Notes under the pieces: generated by a model
Told to the model about the DNA's origin: nothing
Seen by the model: the letters and a program-made list of their open reading frames with translations, nothing else
Databases searched by the model: none
Shown: positions 53,710 to 62,606 of the stretch, piece after piece
Layout: every line of letters starts with the position of its first letter
Position numbering within the stretch: position 1 is the first letter of the stretch
Position numbers and translations under genes: made by a program
Origin: an uncultured Myxococcales bacterium
GTDB lineage: Bacteria > Myxococcota_A > Polyangia > Fen-1088
DNA: 64,000 nucleotides
Assembly (NCBI GenBank): GCA_937889515.1
Contig: CALAOV010000342.1
Location: 3,993-67,992 of the forward strand
Direction of reading: 5' to 3'

Positions 53710-54840
53710 GTGCTCCACGAGTTCCTGATCGCCAACCGTCGTGAGATTCTGGCGCGCTCGCGCGAAAAGCTCGCAGCCCGAGAGGTTCCCGTCCCCACCG
53801 AATCCGAGCTGGCGGACGGATTGCCCCTCTTCCTGGATCAGCTGATCGCAATCCTGCGCACTGGAAAGGGCGAGCGGAGCGGTGGGCAACACCGCGTAGT
53901 AGCGAGCGCGGCGCATCATGGTGGCGCGCTGCAGCGACTCGGACTGACGGTCGGTCAGGTGGTGCAGGACTACGGCAGCATCTGTCAGAGCGTCACCGAG
54001 CTCGCGGACGAACGCGATGTGGCGATCACCGCCGACGAGTTCCACACGTTCAACGGCTGCCTCGACGACGCCACCGCCCGGGCCGTCACGGAGTACGAGC
54101 ACCGGCGGGACAAAGTGGTAGCCGATTCGAGCACGGCGCACCTCGATTTTCTGGCGCACGAAATGCGCAATCTGCTGACCACCTCGATGTTGACGTTCGA
54201 CGCCCTGAGGAGAGGCAGCGTTGGAATTCAGGGCAGCACCGGGACCCTGCTGGCGCGCAACCTGCGGCGGATGCGCGCCCTGATGGATCGGACGCTGACC
54301 GAGGTGCGCCTCGGATCCGGCGCTCCCAGGCCGGAGCGCGTCTCCGTCGCCGAGCTGATCGAAGAGATCGAGATCGTGGCGACGATCGACGCCCAGGATC
54401 ACGACGTTCAGCTCGCCATCGACGCCGGTCCTTCCCAGCTGTCGGTCGAGGCCGATCACCAGATCCTGGCGTCCGCCGTCGCAAACCTCCTTCAGAACGC
54501 CTTCAAGTTTACCCGGGGCCATGGCCACGTCGCTGTCCGCGTCCGGACGATCGGCGAACGCGTGCTCATCGACGTCGAGGACGGGTGCGGCGGGCTTGCC
54601 CCGGACAGGTTCGAGGAGCTGTCGCGCCAGCTCGATCAGCGCGAGGGCGGAGAGGCCGAGTCCGGCCTCGGGCTTTCGATCAGCCTCAAGGGCATTCGGG
54701 CCAGCGGCGGTGAGATCCGCATTCGGGACCTTCCCGGCTCGGGCTGCGTCTTCACGGTCGATCTGCCGAGAGCACCGGCCATCCACCCTCCGCGGACGCC
54801 GATCGGTTCACGCCCCGAAGTGATCCCGCACGACGCCTAG
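53710..54840 (+). CDS. Cytoplasmic sensor histidine kinase, paralog 2 (tandem duplicate)
   Basis: Near-colinear with paralog 1 from (V)LHEFLIANRREIL to IRIRDLPGSGCVFTVDLP. GTG start at 53710 inferred from alignment with paralog 1; upstream in-frame GTGs are possible alternatives. Confidence 0.8.
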   Translation: MLHEFLIANRREILARSREKLAAREVPVPTESELADGLPLFLDQLIAILRTGKGERSGGQHRVVASAAHHGGALQRLGLTVGQVVQDYGSICQSVTELADERDVAITADEFHTFNGCLDDATARAVTEYEHRRDKVVADSSTAHLDFLAHEMRNLLTTSMLTFDALRRGSVGIQGSTGTLLARNLRRMRALMDRTLTEVRLGSGAPRPERVSVAELIEEIEIVATIDAQDHDVQLAIDAGPSQLSVEADHQILASAVANLLQNAFKFTRGHGHVAVRVRTIGERVLIDVEDGCGGLAPDRFEELSRQLDQREGGEAESGLGLSISLKGIRASGGEIRIRDLPGSGCVFTVDLPRAPAIHPPRTPIGSRPEVIPHDA

Positions 54841-55146
54841 GAGATCTTTGACCTGGTACGGCTTGGCAAGAACCGGGACGGTGACGTCGGTCCGCCGGGA
54901 GGGCTCGACGCCGGTCATGAAAACAAACGGAGGCATGGCGCCTCCCAGGAGCTCGCGCGCGCCCGTGAGGAACGTTCGGCCGTCCATGTCGATCATCGAG
55001 AGGTCGGCGAGGACCAGAGCGGGCACGGTCGCTTCCATCATGCGGAGCGCAGCCCCGCCACCGGGAAGGGCGACCGCCAGGTAGCCCGCGTTCTGGAGCA
55101 CGTCAACGACGATGGCGCGAATGTCCTCGTCGTCGTCGACGATCAT
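54808..55146 (-). CDS. Single-domain response regulator (CheY-like receiver)
   Basis: MIVDDDEDIRAIVVDVL...LVLADLSMIDMDG...LAKPY carries the receiver D-D-K signature positions. The 3' end overlaps the kinase 3' end by 33 nt. Confidence 0.8.
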   Translation of the reverse strand: MIVDDDEDIRAIVVDVLQNAGYLAVALPGGGAALRMMEATVPALVLADLSMIDMDGRTFLTGARELLGGAMPPFVFMTGVEPSRRTDVTVPVLAKPYQVKDLLGVVRDHFGA

Positions 55147-55272
55147 GACCCACTTGGCCGCTTCCTCCCCCACGGCTCTGGACGATAGCGGATGGCTGAC
55201 GCGATACGAGAGATATCAGCAGCTCGACCATTTCAGGACACCGCGCCAAGCGGCTGGCCGCGCCGGCCGTGC

Positions 55273-55509
55273 TCAAGCTTGAAGCTCGACCATTGAATCG
55301 ATGCTTTCGGCCGCGCGGGCCTTCAGCTCTCGGATCTCTGCGTCAAGGTTCTTGACCTCGGTCTCCAGGCGGGCGATCAGCCCCTTCGGCGCCGCTGGCT
55401 CCGCCTGGGCCCCGAAGAGACGGGCTCTGAGAGCTTCCCGCCGGTCCTCCCGATCCCGGATCGTCCTGGCATCCTGATCGACTGGCTCGTTCGTTGCCGC
55501 GATGGTCAT
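55273..55509 (-). CDS. Possible small coiled-coil protein
   Basis: 78-aa charged helical ORF with no clear SD. Confidence 0.25.
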   Translation of the reverse strand: MTIAATNEPVDQDARTIRDREDRREALRARLFGAQAEPAAPKGLIARLETEVKNLDAEIRELKARAAESIDSMVELQA

Positions 55510-55581
55510 GCCGCGAAGCTGAGGCCGAACGGATGTAGGCGCCAGGGCGGATCGAATGCCCGACGGGTGGGGTGGGCCAAT

Positions 55582-57414
55582 TCAAGCCCCGCTCGACGCA
55601 GACGCGCCCGTCACCAGCCCGGGCGGGAAAGGTGTGGTGGAGCTGAGGACCACGCGATTCCTTCCGGCGTGCTTCGATTCGTACATCGCGGCGTCCGCCG
55701 CCTCCACCAGCATGAGCGGCGTAGGCGTCGTCTCCGCCGAGAACCCCGCCACGCCGAAGGAAGCCGTGATCCCGGCCATCGCGCCCGAGCTGAAATGCTG
55801 CTCGATGCGCTGGCGGACCCGTCCCGCGAAGAGCATCGCGTCCTCGGCGTTGGTCTCGCGCAGCAGGATGCAGAATTCCTCACCCCCATACCGATACGCG
55901 CTATCGGTCGCGCGCAAGGAGCCCGATATGACCTCGGCCACCTGTTGCAGTGCCGCGTCTGCCTGGGGATGTCCGTGGATGTCGTTGAACTCCTTGAAAT
56001 GGTCGACGTCCAGCATCACGAAGGCCAGCGGTCGTCCGTAGCGCACACAGCGCTTACATTCGGTCTGGATGTCTTCCTCGAACCGGCGGCGGTTGAAGAG
56101 CCGGGTCAGGGCGTCGACGTGGCTCCGCTCCTCGATGACTTCGTGCATGCGGGCCGATTCGATGGCGGTGGCCGCGTGGGTGGCCAGCGTCTCGAGCACC
56201 TCGATCACCTGTGTGGTCGCCACCCTCGGCTCGGTGTGACGCGCCTCGAGCGTGCCGACGATCCGCGCGCCCACGATGAGAGGAACGGCGATCGCACACA
56301 CCGGGCCTATGTTGTTGCTGTCGCTGAATCGCACCTGCCCGGCGGGCCCTTCGAACGTGATGCGTCCGGATTTGGCCGCCCGCCCCGCGAGTCCCTGCCC
56401 CATCTCGATGCGCGGACCGGGGGATCCGGCTTCTCCGGCCTGAACCAGTCGTTTCTGGTCCTCGTCCATGAGCCAAACGATCACGCGCGCATAGCCACCG
56501 ACGGCCGCGGTGCTCTCCCGTACGGCCCCCACGACATAGGCGAGGTTGAGACTCTCCGAGAACTCGCGGCTCGCATCGAGGATCAGCCGCAGCTGAACCG
56601 AATGCTCCCGCAAGGTCTCGTCCCGGGAGACGGCGGACGCTCGCGCCGCGGCAAGGGCGCGCACCATCTCGTTGAGGCCCTCGGCGAGGTCGGCCAGCTC
56701 GCGCGGACCGGCGCCGTCGACGGTCGTCTCCAGCTGTCCGTCGCGAATTCGACGAATATGACGCAAGAGCGCGGCGACCGGCACGACGATGGCGGCGCGG
56801 AGCGCGCGATGCTGCTGTACCGCGAGCAGGAGCACCGCGAAGAACACCGCGAGCTCGAGGGTGACGCCGGCGGCGATCACGCGCTGCTCGCGCAGGGACA
56901 AGACGGCGGAGTGCTGATCGAGGGCGTCCGCGAACGCGCTTTGCCCGCTCCGATAGGCGTCGAAAAGCGCCTGGCCTTCGATCATCGATGGACCTGCCGC
57001 GTCGAAACGGGTGGTCGCGGCAAGTCCAGCCCAGCGCTCGCGGCACCTTTCCTCGGCCAGGCGCGTTGCCAGCATCACCCCCGCGAGCTCGGGGACGGAA
57101 CCGGCCGTGGCCGTGAGGATCTTGTTGGCTCGATCCAGCGCAACCTCGCCGCGGGTGTAGGCCGCAAGGAAGCGGGCATCGCGGGTGGTCAAGTAGGCCT
57201 GCAGACCGATCTCCTCGTCCAGCATCGCCGCGAGGGCCGCGTTCTCGGTCCTCACGGCCAGTCGGCTTCGCGCCACGGCGGGTGTCAGCCAGGCGCGGCT
57301 GACGCCGAACCCGAGCGCAGCCACCACGAACGCCGCCCCGACGAGCGTACCGAAGAACGTGAATGCCCCGCTGAGCTGCTGGGCGAGCGTGCGGTCTTGC
57401 AGAGCGGGATTCAC
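55582..57414 (-). CDS. Sensor diguanylate cyclase: TM-periplasmic (CHASE3-like)-TM-HAMP-GAF-GGDEF
   Basis: Two TM helices flank a ~150-aa periplasmic region, followed by a HAMP-like linker, a GAF-like domain and GGDEF with active site RYGGEEF. The I-site RATD lies 5 aa upstream. Confidence 0.85.
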   Translation of the reverse strand: MNPALQDRTLAQQLSGAFTFFGTLVGAAFVVAALGFGVSRAWLTPAVARSRLAVRTENAALAAMLDEEIGLQAYLTTRDARFLAAYTRGEVALDRANKILTATAGSVPELAGVMLATRLAEERCRERWAGLAATTRFDAAGPSMIEGQALFDAYRSGQSAFADALDQHSAVLSLREQRVIAAGVTLELAVFFAVLLLAVQQHRALRAAIVVPVAALLRHIRRIRDGQLETTVDGAGPRELADLAEGLNEMVRALAAARASAVSRDETLREHSVQLRLILDASREFSESLNLAYVVGAVRESTAAVGGYARVIVWLMDEDQKRLVQAGEAGSPGPRIEMGQGLAGRAAKSGRITFEGPAGQVRFSDSNNIGPVCAIAVPLIVGARIVGTLEARHTEPRVATTQVIEVLETLATHAATAIESARMHEVIEERSHVDALTRLFNRRRFEEDIQTECKRCVRYGRPLAFVMLDVDHFKEFNDIHGHPQADAALQQVAEVISGSLRATDSAYRYGGEEFCILLRETNAEDAMLFAGRVRQRIEQHFSSGAMAGITASFGVAGFSAETTPTPLMLVEAADAAMYESKHAGRNRVVLSSTTPFPPGLVTGASASSGA

Positions 57415-57579
57415 ATCGGCCTACCACTACGACCCTAAGATCCTTAAGGCGGGGTACCGGCAAGACAAGGCGCGATCGCCCGGAAAACGCGAAAGGTTCG
57501 GACGACCGGCGATTCGCGGGGGCGATCCTCGGGGCCGATCCTCGGGGCCGATCCTCGGAATGATGGCTAGCTTCTCCAC

Positions 57580-58815
57580 GTGACACCAAACCGCGGCCAC
57601 GACGACCGCAGCCCAGCCGTCGCCGCTGCGCCGCCGACCGTCGGCACCGTCCTGAGGGGAACCTACCGGATCGTGCGCCAGTTGGCGGAAGGTGGTTGCG
57701 GCGATGTCTACGTCGCAACCCACGTGCGTCTGGGCAACGAAGTGGCCGTCAAGATTCTTCACGCCGCCTTGGGGGGAAACGACCCCGTCCTGGTCCGCTT
57801 TCGGCACGAGGCCGACATCATGTCCGCGCTGCGGCATCCGCACATCGTGCAGATCCTGGACTTCGACATCACCGAGCAGGGCGTTCCATTCCTGGTGATG
57901 GAGCTCCTGGTGGGACGATCGCTCAGCGAGGGTATGGCGGCGGGGACGCCGTTCGAACCGCGCGCCGCCTTCCACATCATCGATCAGATCGCGCAGGCGC
58001 TCACGGCCGCGCACGCATATGGCATCGTCCATCTGGACCTCAAGCCGGACAATGTCATCCTGGTGTCGACCGATGGCCGCGACGATTTCGTCAAGGTGAT
58101 CGACTTCGGGATCTCGCGGGCAGGCCGAGTCGCGCGTCCGGCGAGCGAGGCCCGGATGAGTGGCACGCCCGAATACATGGCCCCCGAACAGGCGGCTGGG
58201 CTGACCGAAGACATCGACCATCGCAGCGATCAATTCGCTCTGGCCGGCGTCGCCTACAGGCTGCTCACGGGCCACGATCCCTTCAGAGGCCTCGACCCGC
58301 TGGCCCTCCTTTATCGGGTCATAAACGGGATGCAGCATCCGCCGTCGGAACGGGCGCCCTGGCTGGGCCCGGGGGTGGATGTGGTCATTGGCCGTGCGAT
58401 GTCCAAGCGCCCAGCCGATCGCTACCCCGATGTCGCGGCCTTCACAGAAGCGCTCCGTGGCGCAATCGATGTCGTCGCGATCGATAGGCGGGGCGTGACC
58501 GCGGCGGCGACGGCACGCGCCTTCGATCGGCGCGCGGCGGAGGAGGCCAAAGATTTCGAGACGCCCGCGCAGCCGGTCGAGGGCGACACGCTGCCGTTCA
58601 TCCGGACACCGCGAAGGACCGGCCGCCGGCTGAGGCCCGGGTCGGTCCTCCTGGCGCTCGCGGCGGCGGCCGCGGCCGTCTGGTTCTTTCCCGCGACCCG
58701 AGGCACCACCCGCGCCGCGTGGGACCGCGCCGGTGCCAGGGCGCGGAGCGTGGTCGGCGCTGTGACGCCCGCCACGACCAAACCCTCGCGTTCGGGCAAT
58801 GTTTCGATGCCGTGA
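57580..58815 (+). CDS. Hanks-type Ser/Thr protein kinase (non-RD: HLDLKPDN) with C-terminal TM
   Basis: LAEGGCGDVYVATH, AVKIL, GIVHLDLKPDNVIL, DFGISRA and GTPEYMAPEQ. C-terminal hydrophobic LLALAAAAAAVWFF. Confidence 0.9.
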   Translation: MTPNRGHDDRSPAVAAAPPTVGTVLRGTYRIVRQLAEGGCGDVYVATHVRLGNEVAVKILHAALGGNDPVLVRFRHEADIMSALRHPHIVQILDFDITEQGVPFLVMELLVGRSLSEGMAAGTPFEPRAAFHIIDQIAQALTAAHAYGIVHLDLKPDNVILVSTDGRDDFVKVIDFGISRAGRVARPASEARMSGTPEYMAPEQAAGLTEDIDHRSDQFALAGVAYRLLTGHDPFRGLDPLALLYRVINGMQHPPSERAPWLGPGVDVVIGRAMSKRPADRYPDVAAFTEALRGAIDVVAIDRRGVTAAATARAFDRRAAEEAKDFETPAQPVEGDTLPFIRTPRRTGRRLRPGSVLLALAAAAAAVWFFPATRGTTRAAWDRAGARARSVVGAVTPATTKPSRSGNVSMP

Positions 58816-58876
58816 GCGACCGCGGCCCATTGGCAGGGCGGCATGGCGTGGCTATCACTGGCGGGTCGATTTTCTC

Positions 58877-59185
58877 ATGAAACATCTAATTTCCGCCGAC
58901 AGTCACAACATCCTGGATGACCTGGACGTTCTTCAGGTCGAAACACGCTTGCTGCTCGACGTGGCCAGCCCCGACGCGCGCGCGGAGTGGGAGAAACTGG
59001 AGAGCCGATTCCCCTCCGCCGTCGAGATTCGAGCGGGATTCATCTCTCTTTCGAATCCCGAGCTTCACGAGATGCGATCGAAGGTCAGACGGTTCCGAGA
59101 CATCCTCTCGAATCAACCGGGCGCGCCGTCCGTGGGCCAATCGGCGTCGCGCACGGCGCCGGCGCGGAGATCGCGAAGCGCGTAA
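58877..59185 (+). CDS. Hypothetical small protein
   Basis: 103-aa ORF from the ATG at 58877. Its 3' end overlaps the convergent GT2 gene by ~70 nt, which lowers confidence. Confidence 0.3.
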   Translation: MKHLISADSHNILDDLDVLQVETRLLLDVASPDARAEWEKLESRFPSAVEIRAGFISLSNPELHEMRSKVRRFRDILSNQPGAPSVGQSASRTAPARRSRSA

Positions 59186-60333
59186 CGGGTACCCCGCCAG
59201 ATCACGGCGCCGCGGAGCGTCGCGAGGAGCGCGCTCGCGAGCGCGACGAGCGCCAGGCAGATGCCCAGCAACGGCAGCGGTAAACCTTCGTATCCGCGTC
59301 CCCCCGCGAGGCGGCGCGCAGTCGCGCCGAGGAGGGCCATCGGCAGCGCGACCGCCAGCGCCGCGACGGCGAGCGCCCCGGCGCGCGGCGGCAGCCAGAC
59401 CGACGCCGCCAGATAGACGGCGGGAAAGGTGGTCACGAGCGGCACCAGGACCGCCGTCCGCATCGTCGTGAGCCAGCTGTAGTCGGAGCCGGCAAAGAAA
59501 TTCTTCAAGAGGCCACGCATCGACGCCGCGAATCCCCGCTGCCAGCGCACCCGCACCAACCCGCCCGAATCGGCGCACCCCTGCCGCACGCCGCTCCGGC
59601 GCAGCACCAGGCCCAGCTTGACGTCGTCGGCCACCTCGAGGCGTAGACGCTCGTGCCCTCCGATCGCCAGGTAGCTATCGCGGCGGACCAGATTGAACGC
59701 CCCGATGCCGACGTGCGCCGCGCTGCCGGGCCGGCGCAGCTCGTCGACGCGGAGGTGCAGCAGAAGGAACAGTCCGAAGAGCGAAACGAAGCCACGCTCC
59801 AGCAACCCCGGCGCGATGAAGCGCGGCAGGGCCACCGCGTGCCCGAGGCCGTCCTGCACCGCCCAGCCCACCGCCCGCCGGAGCGCGTTCGGGGTGAACA
59901 CCACGTCGGCGTCGGTGAACAGGATCCAGTCTCCGGTGGCCTCGGCCGCGCCCCGGTGGAGCGCGTTGGTTTTCCCCAGCCACCCGGACGGCAGGACATC
60001 GACGCGCGCGACCCGCAGCGCGGGGTGCGAGGAGCCGAGCTCGCGCAAGATCGCGCCCGTCGCGTCCTCCGATCGATCGTCCACGGCGATGACCTCGAAC
60101 AGCTCCGGCGGGTAGTCCTGCGCCAGCAACGACGCGAGCGCCGTCCGGATCGCGGCCTCTTCGTTGCGGCAGGCCACCACCACCGACAGCCGGGGCCAGA
60201 CCATGCCGTCGGGCAGCTCCGCCGGCGCGCGCGCCAGGTTCGGCAATCGCGCGATCCGAGACAGCACCCAGGCGAACTGCAGCCAGACCAGCAGGATCCC
60301 GCTCGAGAGGACCGTCGCGACCGGGGCCAGCAC
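59113..60333 (-). CDS. Glycosyltransferase family 2 integral membrane protein
   Basis: N-terminal TM, then LSVVVACRNEEAAIRTALASLLAQDYPPELFEVIAVDDRSEDATGAIL and ILFTDADVV (DxD region). C-terminal TM helices. Confidence 0.8.
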   Translation of the reverse strand: MLAPVATVLSSGILLVWLQFAWVLSRIARLPNLARAPAELPDGMVWPRLSVVVACRNEEAAIRTALASLLAQDYPPELFEVIAVDDRSEDATGAILRELGSSHPALRVARVDVLPSGWLGKTNALHRGAAEATGDWILFTDADVVFTPNALRRAVGWAVQDGLGHAVALPRFIAPGLLERGFVSLFGLFLLLHLRVDELRRPGSAAHVGIGAFNLVRRDSYLAIGGHERLRLEVADDVKLGLVLRRSGVRQGCADSGGLVRVRWQRGFAASMRGLLKNFFAGSDYSWLTTMRTAVLVPLVTTFPAVYLAASVWLPPRAGALAVAALAVALPMALLGATARRLAGGRGYEGLPLPLLGICLALVALASALLATLRGAVIWRGTRYALRDLRAGAVRDADWPTDGAPG

Positions 60334-60418
60334 GCCCAGGTTCTACCCCGGTTCTCTCAGCGGGATGCCGATCGGGACAGGCGCGCCCTCTGCCGCGCGC
60401 CCACCCCGATCGCTGCGG

Positions 60419-60586
60419 TCAGGTCGTTGCGGTCGCGGTTCGTGGGGCGAGGGCGCGACGGGCGCCGGCGCCAACCCGCACGCCCTCCAGGCCCGCCAGC
60501 GCGAAGGCCCCCGCCGCCAGCGCGAGATCGCGCACGGCGATGTCGAACATGCGCAGGCTCACCAGGTTGATGGCGATGCAGACCAT
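60419..60586 (-). CDS. 55-aa hydrophobic micro-ORF with strong Shine-Dalgarno upstream of GT2 gene
   Basis: GGAGG 9 nt upstream of the ATG. It encodes MVCIAINLVSLRMFDIAVRDLALAAGAFALAGLEGV... It is too short to appear in the ORF track. Confidence 0.35.
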   Translation of the reverse strand: MVCIAINLVSLRMFDIAVRDLALAAGAFALAGLEGVRVGAGARRALAPRTATATT

Positions 60587-60672
60587 GTCGGATATCCTCC
60601 TCTCTCTGCGATACAGAGACGGATCGCCCCCCTGCCGTTACAGCTCATCCGTGTGCTAGGAGAGGATCCGCC

Positions 60673-61341
60673 TTGGCACCAGCCGATTTCAATGACGGTC
60701 GCCTCCTCCGGGCGCTGGCGCTGCTGACCTTCGCCACGGGATTGGTAGATGCCGCGAGCGTGCTCGGTCTCGGCCACGTGTTCACGGCGAACATGACCGG
60801 CAACGTCGTGTTTCTCGGCTTTTCATTCGCAGGCGCCGGGCGGGTCGCGACCTCGGACTGCGTCGTCGCCCTGGCGGCGTTTCTGGTCGGCGCATTGGTC
60901 GGGGGACGTCTGGCCGCCGTCGGCGTCTCCTTCAAGGTGGCACTGGCGCTCGAGGCCGCGCTCTTGACGGCGGCCACCGCCGTGGCCTGGGCGCACGGAG
61001 ACCTGCCCCCTCAGCGCATTCCCGAGATCGCCCTTCTGGCTTCGGGTATGGGAATTCAGAACGCGTCGGTGCGAAAGCTGGGCGTCCCCGACATGACGAC
61101 CACCGTCCTCACCCTGACGCTGACGGGCCTGGCGGCCGACTCGTCGCTGGCGGGCGGCAGCAACCCCCGCGTGGGCAGACGCCTGCTCTCGGTCGCGTTG
61201 ATGCTGCTCGGCGCTCTGGCGGGAGCCCTGCTGCTATTGCGCGGCGTTCGATGGGCCATCGGCGGCACCGCGCTCATCGCTCTGTCCGCCTGCCTGATTT
61301 CCCCAGGCGGCGTGCGCGCACCGCCGGCACATCCGGCGTAG
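60673..61341 (+). CDS. YoaK/DUF1275 (UPF0700) family membrane protein
   Basis: TTG start with AGGAGAGGA upstream. Family pattern LALLTFATGLVDAASVLGLGHVFTANMTGNVVFLG with ~6 TM. Confidence 0.7.
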   Translation: MAPADFNDGRLLRALALLTFATGLVDAASVLGLGHVFTANMTGNVVFLGFSFAGAGRVATSDCVVALAAFLVGALVGGRLAAVGVSFKVALALEAALLTAATAVAWAHGDLPPQRIPEIALLASGMGIQNASVRKLGVPDMTTTVLTLTLTGLAADSSLAGGSNPRVGRRLLSVALMLLGALAGALLLLRGVRWAIGGTALIALSACLISPGGVRAPPAHPA

Positions 61342-61354
61342 GGATCCGCCGAAT

Positions 61355-61657
61355 CTAAGTTTTGGGGACGTCGGGAGCGGGGCGGGCGTGATCGTCTTTG
61401 GGCGGCCGAAACGCTTGTCCCACACGTAGCCGGCAAGCCGCGAGGGCGACCGGCGACAGGTCGGTTCCGTAGAGACGGGTCACCAGGGCTGGCCCGATCT
61501 GCTCGCCCGTGAGGCCGGCGCACGCCAGGCTCTGTCGAACGATCGCCCGCGCCGTGTCGGACATCTGGAAACACATCACGACCCGCTGCTGGGGAGAGCG
61601 CGACATGAACAGGCGGGCGTAACGCCGCTCGATCTCCGGGGAGGTATCCGCGCTCAT
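61355..61657 (-). CDS. Possible small hypothetical protein (100 aa)
   Basis: ORF MSADTSPEIERRYARLFMSRSP... with no SD and no motif. Low support. Confidence 0.25.
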   Translation of the reverse strand: MSADTSPEIERRYARLFMSRSPQQRVVMCFQMSDTARAIVRQSLACAGLTGEQIGPALVTRLYGTDLSPVALAACRLRVGQAFRPPKDDHARPAPDVPKT

Positions 61658-62577
61658 GGTCGTATTGCGCTGCCGCCCGAGGAGGAGATGAGCAGTCGTT
61701 CCAGGCTCTCCAGCACCTGGCAGGCCGAGGCGGAGATCTTCGTGTGCGCCAGATCGTCGCCGCGCGTGGGGCCGATGTTGACGACGGCGATCGGAAGGTC
61801 GAGCTCGCGCGCGCGCCGCACGAACCGGAAGCCCGAGTAGACGGTCAGCGACGATCCGACCACCAGCAACACGTCGCCTTGCTCGAACAGCTCCCAGGCG
61901 GCGGCCAGCGTCCGTTCCGGCACGTTGCCGCCGAAAAAGACGACGTCCGGTTTCAGGTCGCCCCCACAGGCGCGGCAACCGACCACGGTGAACCCCGCGA
62001 CGACGTCGGCCGGCAGATCGGAGTCGCCGTCGGGACGAAGGTGGATCTCCGCCGCGGTCTCCAGCCAGCCCGGGTTTTCCTGCAGGAGGCGCGCCTGCAC
62101 GGCGTCTCGGTCTTCGCCGGCGCCGCAACGCAGGCAGAGGACCTCGGCCAGCGCGCCGTGCAGCTCGACGACCCGCCGACTTCCGGCGCGGTGGTGGAGA
62201 CGATCGACGTTCTGGGTGATCACGCCGACCAGCGGTCCGGCGGCCTCCAGCGCGGCCAGCGCGCGGTGGGCGGCGTTGGGCTCGGCAGAGCGAAACCGTG
62301 CCCAGCCGACGGTGGCGCGCGCCCAGTACCGCTGGCGGACCTCGTGTCGGCGTAAAAATGCATCGTGCTGGATCGGATTTCGCGGCCCGGTCCGCCCGCC
62401 GCCGCGGTAGTCCGGTATCCCGGACTCCGTGCTGCACCCGGCGCCGGTGAGCGCGACGAAGCGCCGGCCCGCCAGCAGCGCGAGCAGAGGGGCGAGGAGA
62501 TCGTCCGTCGCGATCGCCTCGCCGGCTGGGTCTGGAGGCATCGGGACAGACATCGGGGCGGAGATTGTGACGGACAT
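61654..62577 (-). CDS. cobB: NAD-dependent protein deacylase, Sir2 family (CobB-like)
   Basis: Sirtuin motifs: ALTGAGCSTESGIPDYRGG, QNVDRLHHRAG and Zn ribbon CLRCG...CRACGG. The longer 507-aa ORF N-terminus overlaps the AKR gene and is rejected. ATG at 62577. Confidence 0.85.
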   Translation of the reverse strand: MSVTISAPMSVPMPPDPAGEAIATDDLLAPLLALLAGRRFVALTGAGCSTESGIPDYRGGGRTGPRNPIQHDAFLRRHEVRQRYWARATVGWARFRSAEPNAAHRALAALEAAGPLVGVITQNVDRLHHRAGSRRVVELHGALAEVLCLRCGAGEDRDAVQARLLQENPGWLETAAEIHLRPDGDSDLPADVVAGFTVVGCRACGGDLKPDVVFFGGNVPERTLAAAWELFEQGDVLLVVGSSLTVYSGFRFVRRARELDLPIAVVNIGPTRGDDLAHTKISASACQVLESLERLLISSSGGSAIRP

Positions 62578-62606
62578 CGTGACGGACCTGGCGGCGGGCC
62601 CCGCGG

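Noticed and set aside
53488-57718. 432-aa, 623-aa and 554-aa ORFs overlapping the second histidine kinase and the GGDEF gene
   Set aside because: Antisense or alternative frames of genes with clear H-box/HATPase and GGEEF motifs.
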